Part shown: positions 51,640 to 63,928 of the stretch, in pieces | Layout of the letters: every line of letters starts with the position of its first letter | How positions within the stretch are numbered: position 1 is the first letter of the stretch | Assembly (NCBI RefSeq): GCF_040938485.1 | Contig: NW_027271595.1 | Coordinates: 248,001-312,000 of the forward strand | DNA length: 64,000 bases | From: Diadema antillarum | Lineage: Eukaryota | Direction: 5' to 3' | Position numbers and translations under genes: made by a program | Notes under the pieces: model-generated | What the model saw: the letters and a program-made list of their open reading frames with translations, nothing else | Databases searched by the model: none | Told to the model about the DNA's origin: nothing

Positions 51640-51870
51640 TTATTTCAAAGGTTCGTTAAGCTGAAAATGAAAAAGGATTCATTAATCCGAAAGTTTGAGG
51701 CGTTATTCGGATCAGAGTTCGTTATTCCAAAGGTTCGTTAATCCGACAATGAAATATGATAGGGTTTATAATTCGAAAATAAAAATAAGATGCATACATA
51801 CTAACGAACCCTTCGGAATAACGAACCTTTCTCTTATTTTAAATTAACGAACCTTCGGAACAACGATTCT
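51640..51870. repeat. Cluster of AAGGTTCGTTA / TAACGAACCTT direct and inverted submotifs
   Basis: Repeated motif in forward orientation on the left and reverse on the right; likely a MITE remnant. Confidence 0.6.
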
Positions 51871-52189
51871 TCGCAAATTTAGCACACAACATCGGACAGA
51901 AACCTTTCAAAAGGCAAAATATTAGATTAATCTAAATAAAATAGAGAACAATCAGTGAGGAAACGGAGCAATCATAAGATACAAATGTGATGAGTGAAAC
52001 ATAATTATGATGCAATGAAACATCTTCGGTCAGTGTATCTACGTAACGCTCAAATGCTTCAAATGACATGGACAGAGTTATCGATCTTTCAATCTTGTTT
52101 CACAGTATATAGTGACTCCATTCTGCGTACCTACTACGATTGCAGTGATTTATGATTGGATTTGGGTTTAGCTTCAGTTGATAATAGCC

Positions 52190-54220
52190 AGATCATGTAT
52201 TGTACCTAGTGTCACGAGGACTAAAGAGTTCACTGATCCACGGAAGACCAGTAGTCAGCCCGCCAGCTCGGAAAGGAGAATGAGTTAATTGTTTGGACCT
52301 GCGAACATTTAGCAATAAGGGTGTAGAGTGTCCACAGGTCGTTTGTAGAGAACATACAATTAACCTGCAAAACATTTCTTACAGAACAATTTTGGATAAA
52401 AAGCAATATATCACATCAGTAATGCTTTCCAGTTTTCCCCCAGACTATGTTACAATCATCAAGATGAGACTGTATTATAGATTAATGTAATAACAACAAA
52501 GCACGGAAATCAAACATATCACGTCTCTACAAAAGATATTGACGCCTTTTCATTTCATTTCATTTCATTTCATTTATTTCATTTCATTTCATGTCATTTC
52601 ATTTCATTTATTTCATTTCATTTCATTTTGTTTATTTCCATTTTCATAATTGGTTTAAAATTTTTTGCATAAAAAAAAACTGTGTGTGAATAAGAAGAAA
52701 CGTGAACTTATATTTCTTGGTATAAACACCATCTCGTCCGAAGAAACCTGAACCAAATACCAAATACCAGGATTATGTAAGTAATCAAAGTGAGCGTTCC
52801 ATTGCAGATTCTCATATATCACTGCATGCTCCCAGATATGTACATGCTGTTCTCTGAATTACGTATTTGTCAATATGTACGTTCATAATCCTGGTATTTG
52901 GTTCGTTTCTTCAGGCGAGATGGTGTTTATACCAAGAAATATAAGTTCACGTTTCTTTTTATTCACACACAGTTTTTATCCGATAACGAGTCCGATAGCG
53001 AAGCAAGGTCTTCTTAAAATGTTTAACAACGTCACCGGGTTTCTTTGCAGAATAAGATGAACAGGTGTCATTTGCGTAAAGTGACAAGTCACTATACTTA
53101 ACAACAGCATGCAATTCATTCACATATAAAGAAAAGATTACAGGTCAAATCAGGGATCACTGTCGTACACCAACATCTCATAATTTGCTTATCTGAAACA
53201 AAACCACTCACACATGTACATCGTGTCCGGGTCGAAAGGTTATTTCAAAATCGTACAGTATTTCCATTAGAATCATGTATTTTTAGCTTTTGAGTCAATA
53301 TACAGTGATTTACAGCGTCAAAAGCCTTTTTAAAATCAATCATTACTACCTCAACAATATTTCCAGAGGCAATACCATCAGACCAGTACTCTGTTACATT
53401 AGCAATGCATCTTTGGAGGTGGAGTGCTTCGGATGAAAGCCAAACTGTTTATCTGTCTGTCTGTAAGATTGTGTGTTTTCAATCAGAGAAGTCTGTAGTT
53501 GGTCATAAGCAACTTTCTCTACGGTCTTAGCAAAAAACAGGGTAACAGAAATAGGTCTATGATTGCAGATATCATCTCTGCTGCCTTCCTTGTAAGCAGG
53601 TGTAACACGAGCCTCCTTCCATTCATCAGGTATTGTGCCCTTGTGTATTGATTGTTTTATTAAGTTGGCGGGGCTGCAGCTGTCAAGGATGCAACTAGTT
53701 CAGAAGTTTGACGGGTATGTTGACCCGTGGCTAGATCATAGGTAGTCACTTTAACAAATCGCACACGTTCTTGTATAGCTTTAAATGTTTTGAGGGGGAA
53801 TGTGGTCATGGTGGTGTAGCCTTTGCTGTAAAAAAAAAAGAATGCATTTATTTCATTGATTAAACGCTCAATTTTCACTCTCAATTTTTCCCTATGTTAA
53901 CCAAATAGCGATTAAACAAATCAGCTAAATATCTACCACTAACACTTTTGTCATTAACATTGATTGAAGTGATTTGTGAGTCTGTTTTCTCTCCCGGTAT
54001 CACATACCTCAAAGATTGCCAAATTTCTCTTGTACAATTTCCACCTGTTTCAATCTTAAGCGAGATTAACTAACTTGGCGTATTCTGAAAGTGACATTAT
54101 TTCTAACCTTGTGATGTTCCACATCCGAAGACAGCTTCGCTCTTTTCAACTATCTTGTGAGCTTGTCCCTATATCACAAATAATATAGTTCGAATGGCAC
54201 TTGCCATCCACCGAGATTGT
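52190..54220 (-). mobile_element. Decayed CR1/L2/Crack-group LINE ORF2 (reverse transcriptase), interrupted by a MITE
   Basis: Minus-strand peptides HKVRNNVT, IWQSL...LADLFNRYLVNIG, GTIPDEWKEARVTPAYK...NHRPIS, QFGFHPKHST, IDFKKAFDAVNH, LYVNE...YANDT (decayed YADDT), SHLDDCNIVWG and ELF...RYNT appear in canonical RT order with stops and frameshifts. Confidence 0.9.
52674..52978. mobile_element. Foldback MITE nested in the LINE
   Basis: AAAAACTGTGTGTGAATAA...ACCAGGATTATG at the left and its reverse complement at 52874-52978; a (CATTT)n tract lies just to the left. Confidence 0.85.
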
Positions 54221-54244
54221 CTTTTTACTCTCTCTCTCTCTGTT

Positions 54245-54301
<57 letters not shown>

Positions 54302-54554
54302 GTATGTATGTATATGTATAAGTAATAAGGTCACAGTAGAGGAATGCATTGAATGCCAATGGCCTTGATTTTATTTTAAGAATTTTCGGGGGCCTCCCCC
54401 TTCGTCAGGGATGACAGTGCGAATGAATTTTCAGTGATATTAATGATATATACATATATCATTCCGATTTCTTTATCGGTAATATCGAAATTCCTTTCTC
54501 ATCTTTTTTTCCTTAATTGTACATTTACTGTTGAAAATCTGTAACAAAATGCCC

Positions 54555-55260
54555 CCCCCCCCCACACACACACAAACACACACATTGCAAGCGACAAGTT
54601 TTCTACTGCGCAAGACAAAGCGATAATAACTCAGTACACATATCATGAATTATGGTAACATCCATGTAAAAGGACTTTAATTCATTTCAACTCGTTTCCA
54701 GCAGTCCACAGACGGACAAGTTATCATACACATCTTCGTCTTCGTATGCATGATATTAGTACATTAATAAATTACTAAAACTGATGCAGCTTTTCATCGT
54801 GAGGTCTTCTGCTGTTCTGCGTCTGATATGTGTGCTCTTCAGTCTCCTTAATTCTTTCTTCTATTCGAAGTCTACGCTGTCTCCTCTTGAACAATGTCAG
54901 TTGACTTCGTCGTGTCTCCCTTCTAGATAGATGTATCACAATTTGCTCTTGAAGAGTGATCTGAAGAAAACTGTTCAACCTAGCCATTTTCATACCTCGT
55001 CCCGATCAAGAGGCATAGTAGCCAATGTCTTCAGACCCTAACGTCTCCAGCCACAGCACTTGTCTCAAAGGCTATGTAGTCACTTATCTCTGTCTGGTGC
55101 GGTTCAAAAGAGAAGAAGCATTCCCAATCCTCTTTCATGAGATTTAGATGAAAGGTCTAAAAGGGTATTGATTCGGATTTACGCCGTGGTGTTGAACAAC
55201 AATAAACAATAAACGCACGGGGGAAAGAACACCCATTCTTTGACTGGGCTCAGATTTGTC
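54555..55260 (-). pseudogene. Hollowed BP10/SpAN paralog of gene 2 type: promoter, 5'UTR and ATG joined to the 3'UTR end
   Basis: 55260-54781 aligns with 23530-23066 (promoter, 5'UTR, ATG at 54797). The ATG is followed by an extra A (ATGAAAAGCTGCATC versus ATGAAAGCTGCATT) and gives a 13-codon ORF. 54730-54620 aligns with gene 2 3'UTR/flank 18430-18310. TATA is altered to TATGAAAATGG. Confidence 0.85.
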
Positions 55261-55689
55261 CTTATAAGTTATTGTACCATTGCACAAATTTACAGATAAC
55301 GGAGAGCTAGTAATGTAGTGTATCTTTAGCTATTTTTGTTTCCAGAATCGAGTGAGTGCCACATGTTATTTTGAAAATGGTAAATGAAGTGACGATTTAT
55401 TATCCTTACCCTTCTGTTTTTGCAATTGTGAATACACGTGCATTAATTTGATCAAACAGTAATTGCGAATACTATTTGTTGACTGATTATAATAACTGAC
55501 TGGATATAACAATGAAGGAAAAAAAAATCAGATCTGCCAAATTCTACCAGAATTGGGTAGGATAAGTAACCTAGGAATGTAATGATATTCATACACTTGT
55601 AGGGTGGCGATCTATGAAAAAATTAAGTATGTTATTAAAACAACAGTTCGACTTTGTATTTGGTCTCAAACTCTCAATCGTATTCGTCT

Positions 55690-56110
55690 TATTGGCCAAA
55701 TGATGACAAGGCTTGGTTCCCCCCTTTACCGTTTTTCATTGGACCTTTATCCGTCAAACCTGCGCTATGTCTAGACCTGGGTACACTAATTAAGTCAAGA
55801 CAAGGCTGCCGATCGTGAAGTGTCGGCCCTAAGCACTATAGGTCTCGGCTTAAATGAGGGCAATTGATTCTGTCTTCACGCGCAGTTTAACATATTATAA
55901 AAATAGCGATAGTACAAGGAGTCGTGTATCCTGATTTACCAGTTAATCCAGTGCTGATCGAGCCGAAACACAATGAGGGCACAGATTTCATGAATGAATA
56001 TACCACAACCACGCCCTGCGTCATCGTGCATTGAAGCGTGGTATCGCCAGGCGTTCTTATTCCTGTCCATATAAGGAGAATTCACTTCTTCTTCAGACTC
56101 GGTAAAAAAA
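55690..56110. promoter_or_regulatory. Conserved noncoding block A', with CArG box CCATATAAGG at 56067-56076
   Basis: Homologous to 25560-25990. Confidence 0.6.
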
Positions 56111-57343
56111 GCACAGACCTCGCTGTAGTAGAACAAATACAATACGCACAACATCAAGTGTTATTTGTGATTTGTACTTTGAAGATGATATGAATATGAG
56201 ACAACATAACATTATATCAGCACTTCCTATAGAAAACTTGCACATAAAAGGTCTTAAACTTATTCTAAAACATTTTCGGTTTTTAAATTATATACGATAT
56301 ATCATAATTTATACTCTATGCCGGTAAAACATTGCAATAATGTTTATTTGGAACATTCAGTTACAAATTCTGAATTCAATTCAATCTATTTAGTTTACTT
56401 TCCAGTTAAGGAAATGTGTATGTATAAATGTATGCATGTCATTTACTATACAGTGTTGATTCTATGCTACAAATTATCTGATTGTAGTGACACACAGTAT
56501 GTATCAATAGAGGTAGGCTAGATACGAGACACTATAGATCTTGTTTTTTTTAATTTTTTTTGTACAGTGTTTGCACACATGGCAAATGTACACACACATT
56601 TGTGTGGGCTTATCCATGAATCAAAAATGAATATTGTTTGTGCTTTTATGATATTTGTTTTTTTTCCTTTAATTGTTATTTACTTTATGTCAGTAGAAAT
56701 ATTCCAGTTTTGTTTATTTGGAGCGTCCATTTACAAACAATGTTTGATTTAATTCAATTCGTATAATTCACTTTCCANNNNNNNNNNNNNNNNNNNNNNN
56801 NNNNNNNNNNNNNNNNNNNNNNNNNNNNNNNNNNNNNNNNNNNNNNNNNNNNNNNNNNNNNNNNNNNNNNNNNNNNNNNNNNNNNNNNNNNNNNNNNNNN
56901 NNNNNNTTTATTCTGCTAGAATTATCTGATTGTAAAGACATACTTAGGTAGGCTGTACACGAGATACAAACACATCGTGTGGTTTTTTCCATGTATTGTA
57001 TGTATGGGTGTTTGTGTATACACGTGTGTATGGGGGAGGGGAGGGGCTTACTCATGCATGGAACTGAAAAATTGTTTGTGTTTTGATGGTATGTGCTTTT
57101 GTGCATGAACACAATGCGCATGTGTGTGGGTGTGATGCACGATTAAAAAGAATGCCCATGGACCAAAGAGCAGCCGAAATATTTTTTAGTGAATCGAACT
57201 AAGAAATTAAAACACGTTGCAAAAATATAAACACACTGAGTGACTGAAAAGATGTTAACTATTATGATCATCATTCCAATACTGTTACACTCCAACACAC
57301 ATCATTGATAAAGCCGATTGATTATCTATACATGATAGGTACA

Positions 57344-57388
<45 letters not shown>

Positions 57389-58259
57389 CACTATTTTGAA
57401 AATTGTACTTTTAGTTGCCTTTACTTTTTTTCCCTGCTAGATTTGGAAATGTTTGATTAGGAGACACATAAAACGGAACATCCTCATTTTATTGAATATT
57501 ATAATTCATACTATACTTATTACAACTATACGTAATACACAGATGCGCCATTCTGATGCAAACTGAATTTGCTACAGACACGAACATTATAACTCATCAG
57601 CTGGAATTTACAATCGTAGCATGCATTTAGACCATAAATAATGTTAAGTTTTATCGGCAGACACACACCGTTTACATTAACAAACACCAAGAATAATCAA
57701 CTCACATTGGTGCAAAGAATGCCGCTCATCGTGTTATTTAAGCCCATAAAATTACTGTATTAGACCTTTGCGAATTTCGGCCAATATGCCCGGAGACACA
57801 CAATATATCCCTGAACGTATTTGATATAGATGTCTAGAAAGCTAAAGTCTGTCACAGTCTCATCAAAGGTTGTTAGAAAAGCATGGGTCTTGGTCGATCA
57901 AAGTTTTATACGACCACTAAAAGATATGCGCTCTAGGCCGAGGTTCCCTCTCGAAGTCTATGTCATTATTGTTGTATTTTCAAGTTGTTCCGATTGTCTT
58001 TTTTTTTCGCTATAGTTCCTGTGCATTTCCTTTACTCTCAGGTAGAATAATTCCTCTTTCATGTTATGTGAGTTCCGTGCCTTTAATACATGTTATAAGC
58101 AAATTCTTCATGTGTTTTTGTTTGGTTTTATTTTGTTTTGTTTTGTTTTGTTTTGTTTTGTTTGTTTTTGTTTTGTTTTTGTTTTGTTTGTTTTTTTACT
58201 TTAGAACACATAGTCTGTTAAAACGGCGAATGGGAAATACTCATTTTACATTATTACCA

Positions 58260-58860
58260 TGGAACAACTCACACACCACGACCGGAAACAGTGATGTAGT
58301 TGCGAGTTTGTTATTTGTTCGTTTCCTTCCATTCAACAGCTTTTCAGATACCATAGTTTCTTCCGCGTCATTAACTAAGAACTTAATGAACAAAGCGAAT
58401 GTCCTACGTCACTGCGGCGACGGAGCACACCGCCAATGTGGTAAAGAGCATTATTGTTCCAGTGACCAGTGACTTGGTAACCAAGTAATTAGAAGGCAAC
58501 CCATGGGTGCTCAATAGACAATGCAAGGGGGCCACGGTTCAACAGTTTTCATCTCACGCATTTGTCATTTGTAAATAGTTACGCTGATTACACCAAAGAT
58601 GAAAGAAACATTTAGAAAAGCACGATGCTTGACTCAAACATGACGTAAAGCCTGTGATTAACAGCAGACGTACCCGAAGGATTTGGAGTAAAAGAAAAGC
58701 ATGAGTTTATTTATAGTTGTTGATGAGGGAACTTTCATTGTTCTTTATCCAAGACCATTCAATCAATAGCATTGACCTCCTGCACGTCTATACAGGGGGC
58801 GGGGGGGGGGGGACGTTTGTTTCAGCTCGAGAACAGTAACATCTTCCCTCTTTGACTAAG
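58260..58860. promoter_or_regulatory. Conserved noncoding block B'
   Basis: Homologous to 27900-28470. Confidence 0.6.
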
Positions 58861-60123
58861 TTAAACAATCTGCATTACACAACGGAGGAGGTGGCATGTT
58901 TCCATGCAAGTTTCCATTCACTTTTCAGAATAAAAAAGTAGAATGCTGAAAAGTGAAAATTTTATTCAACTTTTATTGAATTACTTAAGACTATATAGAG
59001 TCCAAAACTCTATGATCTTTGAAGGTGATGAACCGTAAACCCAATATCCGTTATTTACTCGTTATATATTAGAAATGTCGATAATGATAATTCTAATTAC
59101 GGTTATGACATAATAATGAAATTATAGTAGTGCAAATAATCGTAACACTTAACTCTGATATTTTTTAAAGATAAATCTTTGTCTTAATTATATCGCTTTG
59201 CTGCTGGGCGTATTATACATTGCATCATACCCCCTTTATGCGTTCATATGCCCGCAATACGAATATGTAATTGTAATTTTTTGTCTTGTTCACTATGTGG
59301 ACTACATGTAAAAAAAAAAAAACCAGTGAAAAGAGAATTTCCTTTATGGACAATAAAGCAATTCATTCATTCATTCATACAGACGGATTTTCGACGCTTT
59401 ATTATACCATACTCACTCAGTCCAAGATGATGGACATTTCAAATACGTCATACAGAGTATGCCTGCTTGTCCGGCTGTGATATGAACGTCATTTCCGTGA
59501 TTTTCGTCTCAGAACACTTATGAAAATTTTATTATTTCATATAGGGTATTTGTTAGATGAAAAAAAAAACACCCTAAATTCAACATCATTCGTATAGGGT
59601 ATATGGCCCCATTTTTTTTCTCTCTCTCTTCTCTAAAACAACAACAACAACATCATTCGTAGCTAGCTCCCCGGTAAGATCGCCGCTCGCATGATACACG
59701 AAAATAAATAATAATGTAGGCAGTGTAAATATGATATGCTTACTCCACTTACTTTGCATGAACATGATAGAATTGTATCATCATTCATCATTATCAGCGT
59801 CAGTATTGGTATGCAAAATGAGATTGTGAACATAAGGACAGATAGAGAGGAACTTCAACCTTCAAGCTTGCCTTTTATTCTCAATTTTCTCGCCCAAACA
59901 AAGACATTCAGAAAGTAGCTGTCAATTCTTAGACAATTTTTTTTTAAAGTAATATCACACTATCCACCTACGTAACCTAACAACAGGGAAACATTCGATT
60001 CATGTTGGACAAAAACAACTTCCGTTCTTTCCTAGTTCTCAAGATTGTTACAACAATTTCTTTTCAGGTCCTTTAGTATTAACTATTGAATCACATTTAT
60101 ACAACAGAGAAAAATTCAAAATA

Positions 60124-60313
60124 CACTATAAAAACGCAAATGTTGAATCAACATTTAAAAGGGCCGAGGAGTGACAGCATTTTTTGAAGTGTTGCATCCA
60201 ACTTTTAAAATAACATTTTAAATGTTGAATCTAGCAGGAAAACCAACACTTTGAAAATGTTGTCACTCCTCGGCCCTTTTAAATGCTAATTCAACATTTG
60301 GGTTTTTAGAGTG
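60124..60313. mobile_element. Small foldback element with CAC...GTG ends flanked by TA
   Basis: TA-CACTATAAAAACGCAAATGTTGAAT...TTTAAAAGGGCCGAGGAGTGACA and its reverse complement; arms of about 70 bp. Confidence 0.85.
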
Positions 60314-61933
60314 TACTACACGCTGAAATGAGTCGTGGTACCCAATTCCAAACCCCAAATTCAAGTGTTCATTCTCACACTTACTATAGTATAAGATGTA
60401 TCATAGTAACTGAGATTATTGGAACCATAAAAAGCCGGATCCAACCGTATAGCAAGGCGATGTACAATGAGGAACCTTCAAATTACCAAAACCCAGAATG
60501 AATCTGGATTTTTCGCCACCATAGGTCATGCGAAACAACTCGTTATGGTTATAGGACCCTGGACTCGGAAAAACCGTATTCTCGTACAAAGCAGCATTCT
60601 ATAAACGTGATACAACTAAACGACGGACGTAAATCTTTGTGAGATATCCTCTTCCCGCACAAAACTTCCGAAGGTATTGCTGCCAATGATTTTAGTCATA
60701 TTTTTGTTCTTTTGCGATTGTTTAAATTAACTGCATGTTTGGCTGGATTTCCTTTGCTTTTTAAATGCATACAGGAGTTGCGGAGATTTCCACTAAAACA
60801 GATAAACTGATTAAGTGATTACCTGAAATAAGAGTTTGCTTTGTTTGTGTTTTATTGCATAAAATGTGCATATATGATAACACCATCGAATTATAGTGCT
60901 GACACAAAGACATCCCGTTTCCGCAATAGTAATACTAGTAATCAATATCTATCTACCTATGTTGAAAGACAGAAAATACAAATAGCTAAACTTGAAGAAA
61001 CAATATCTTATTTTCTTTTCTAAGATGATTGTCAAATGTCAAAAAAAAAAAACCTGCCTCGCAGTGGGGAACTTTACTTGTGCTTCTCCAGAGGAACCTA
61101 CTCTATGTAAGACATTTCGATTTTCTTATGCTCCTCCCACAAAAATGTATATACCTGTATCTGTAGCTGTATTTTTCACCACCACCCCCCCCCCGAATCA
61201 TTATATCATCTTGAACGTGACGTACTACCAGGATCTGCTCATTGAGGCGACTGCATTCGTTTATAATTAGTTTGTCTTACTTGTTTTAACTGTATAACGT
61301 CAAGTGTTATTTATTAACTTGAATGCAATCAGTTTGTGTCACATCCGGTAAAAGTGAAAATAAATGTGAATTTGATCAGTGTTTGTTAAATCGACAGGTT
61401 AAAAAAAAAGCGCAATGGCAAAAACAACAGTGACATGAAACATAATATCAAAGCTATATATTCATGACATGGTTGTGACGAGCTTGCGCGTTCGTGCGTT
61501 GCGCTGTTTACGAGTCCCCATTATGTACCAGAGTTAAGTGCAAACACAGGGGGCGCCTTATCTATTACCACAGGCGGATGCTGATACGGTAAACTAGTTC
61601 TAGACAATGTGGACCGCGAACGGAAATGTCATCTATAAATATATTATTTAAAGAGAACAGCAGAGTCATGTTGATTTATTCTTTGAAAGAAACGATGACT
61701 TCGTTGCCTAAAGGTCGCAATAAAAATCACTTCAGCGAAACGGTCGCCCTCACCCCCTTGAAGTCGGAATAGTTAAGATCATCAGTCAAGCGTGTTTGAA
61801 AAAAAAATGTCATTGTCAGTGACATTTGAAAAAAAAAACAGAAGAGGGGTAGTGACGACATTCACTTAGTTGTGCAACATGCAAACAGTAGTCACCAGTA
61901 TTTGTTGTGGTACATGGACCGTGTGGGGGAAGA

Positions 61934-61970
61934 TATAAATATGGCTGGACGGACAAGTTTTCTTCAGATC
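61934..61970 (+). promoter_or_regulatory. Core promoter of gene 4
   Basis: TATAAATATGG at 61934 and TTCAGATC with the A at 61966. Confidence 0.7.
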
Positions 61971-62103
61971 GCTCATCAAGAGCAAACTGCGACACATCAA
62001 TCTAGAAGGGAGAAACGACGGAGTCAACTGTCAGCGTTGAAGAGAAGACAACATATATTTCGAATCGAAGAAATTATCAGTCAAGTTAGTATCAGATCTC
62101 AAG

Positions 62104-63928
62104 ATGAAAGCTGCATTAGTATTAGTGGTGGTTGCTCTGCTCGTCCCAGGTCTTCTCGCCGGACCGGTCGGCAGCGGCGTCCTCGACAGACTCGCTCGAG
62201 ACGTGCCTCCTCAGAAGGATGAGCCGGTGGTAAGCACAGTTAAATATTCACGAGTTCAAGTTCAGTTTCTTCTAGTTATTTCTTTCGCTCAGATTCTATA
62301 ACACCGCCGATATTGCAGCACTTTTGATACAATGGTTTGCTAAACTCCGCTCTCTAACATCCTAGTCCACCCCCATTCTTTGTGCTTTTCAGGAAACCCC
62401 TCCCCCTAAGAAAGAAGTGGATCTCTCCATCTCCGAAGAGAAGCCAGTGGCATCCCACCAGGAGCCCAAAGATGAAGAAAATACTCCAGGAACTTTTCAG
62501 GGAGACATGAAGATGACTGATGAGCAGTTGAGGGAAGTCATGGAGGCCATCGATGAAGAGAAAGCTGGTCGCAAGAAGAGGAAGGCTGTATCGAACACTT
62601 TGACCCGATGGAATCAGAACATCGTGCCTTACGAAATCTCAGCTTCATCTAGTAAGTTCTGGCAACTGTATGATATCAACAATGAAGAGAGAACGTGGGC
62701 AATTTATACTCTGGGCTCTCTTTAAGATATCATCTGTAGGTTTCGTCACCTGTAGGTCGGTAAATGTGCTGTATTTCAAGTCTTAGAGACAGGACTTTGA
62801 AGATAAAGATTCTACACAAATATACAGTAACTGGTATTCGTTGATTAAACTTTATATACTGATATTTTCATTCTTAAGGTTCATTATCTTCGTCTTGTTG
62901 ACTATATTTCAGGCAGTGATGTCAACGCGATCCACGACCACTTGATCATACTTGATAATGATCATTTATGCCTTCTTCGGCAAACAAAAACGCAAATTCT
63001 ATACCAAATGTAGTCAGAATCATTGATTGTGATTTTTTCCTGGTGTAGAGTTCTTGGTAGGCTCATTATCATGATTGTTATCATCTTGTTGATTGTATTT
63101 CAGGTAATGATGTTGATGCGATCCGGGCTGCCATGGATCACTGGGAACAGCACACCTGTTTGAGGTTCGAACCAAAAACCGCACAGCACGCCAGTCAGCT
63201 GGGACACGGAACCTATCTGAACTTTATCAAGAGCGATGGATGCTGGTCCTACGTTGGAAGATTCTCTTCATCCATCTCTTCGCCCAGAGCTCAGGATATT
63301 TCCATCGGATCTGGATGTGAATCCGTGAGTTTGCTGCTATAGCTGATTTTGTAATACACGTAACATTTTTTTTTTATTTGATGCCAAATCATTACATATC
63401 ATATGATTTCAAACAAATAATTTTCTAATCCGTAGTTCCAGAAAGGTACATCAAAAAATATAAGTATTATGTAAATATTCAAAAGATGTTAAGGTTCGGG
63501 TTCACACCCCCCCCCCCCTCACGTCCATTAGTGCGGATATTAAAAAGTGTGACGAATACAATGAGATGTTATTGCGGCAATATAACACCAGTGAAACATG
63601 TCACAATAGTAGCCCGTAGATGTAATTTCAGAATTGGTATTTTGGAAGAGTTGAAATTCGATTATGAATCATTTTTCTTCAGTTCCATTTAATAACTCCT
63701 TTCCTTTAATTCTAACAATGATAGCTCGGCGTCGTTGCCCACGAGATTGGCCACGCCATCGGTTTCCATCACGAGCAGTCTCGCCCTGACAGGGACGATT
63801 ACGTCACGGTCCATTTCGAAAACATCCGGTCTGGATTCGAAGGCAACTTTGAGAAATATTCCTGGAACCAAATAACAACCAGCAACGTTGAATACGACAT
63901 CGGATCCCTCATGCACTACGGATCTCAT
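62104..63928 (+). CDS. SPAN/BP10-like: Gene 4: BP10/SpAN-type astacin metalloprotease, exons 1-4 only (continues past the window end)
   Basis: join(62104..62229,62393..62651,63104..63324,63725..63928,...), all GT-AG. Signal peptide, [28 protein letters not shown] and SLMHYG are intact; exon 3 is 15 nt longer than in the other paralogs. Confidence 0.92.

Noticed and set aside
19533-63928. Idea that the paralogs are uncollapsed haplotypes of one gene
   Set aside because: Introns do not align, orientations differ, signal peptides and 3'UTRs differ, and exon lengths vary; this is far beyond allelic difference.
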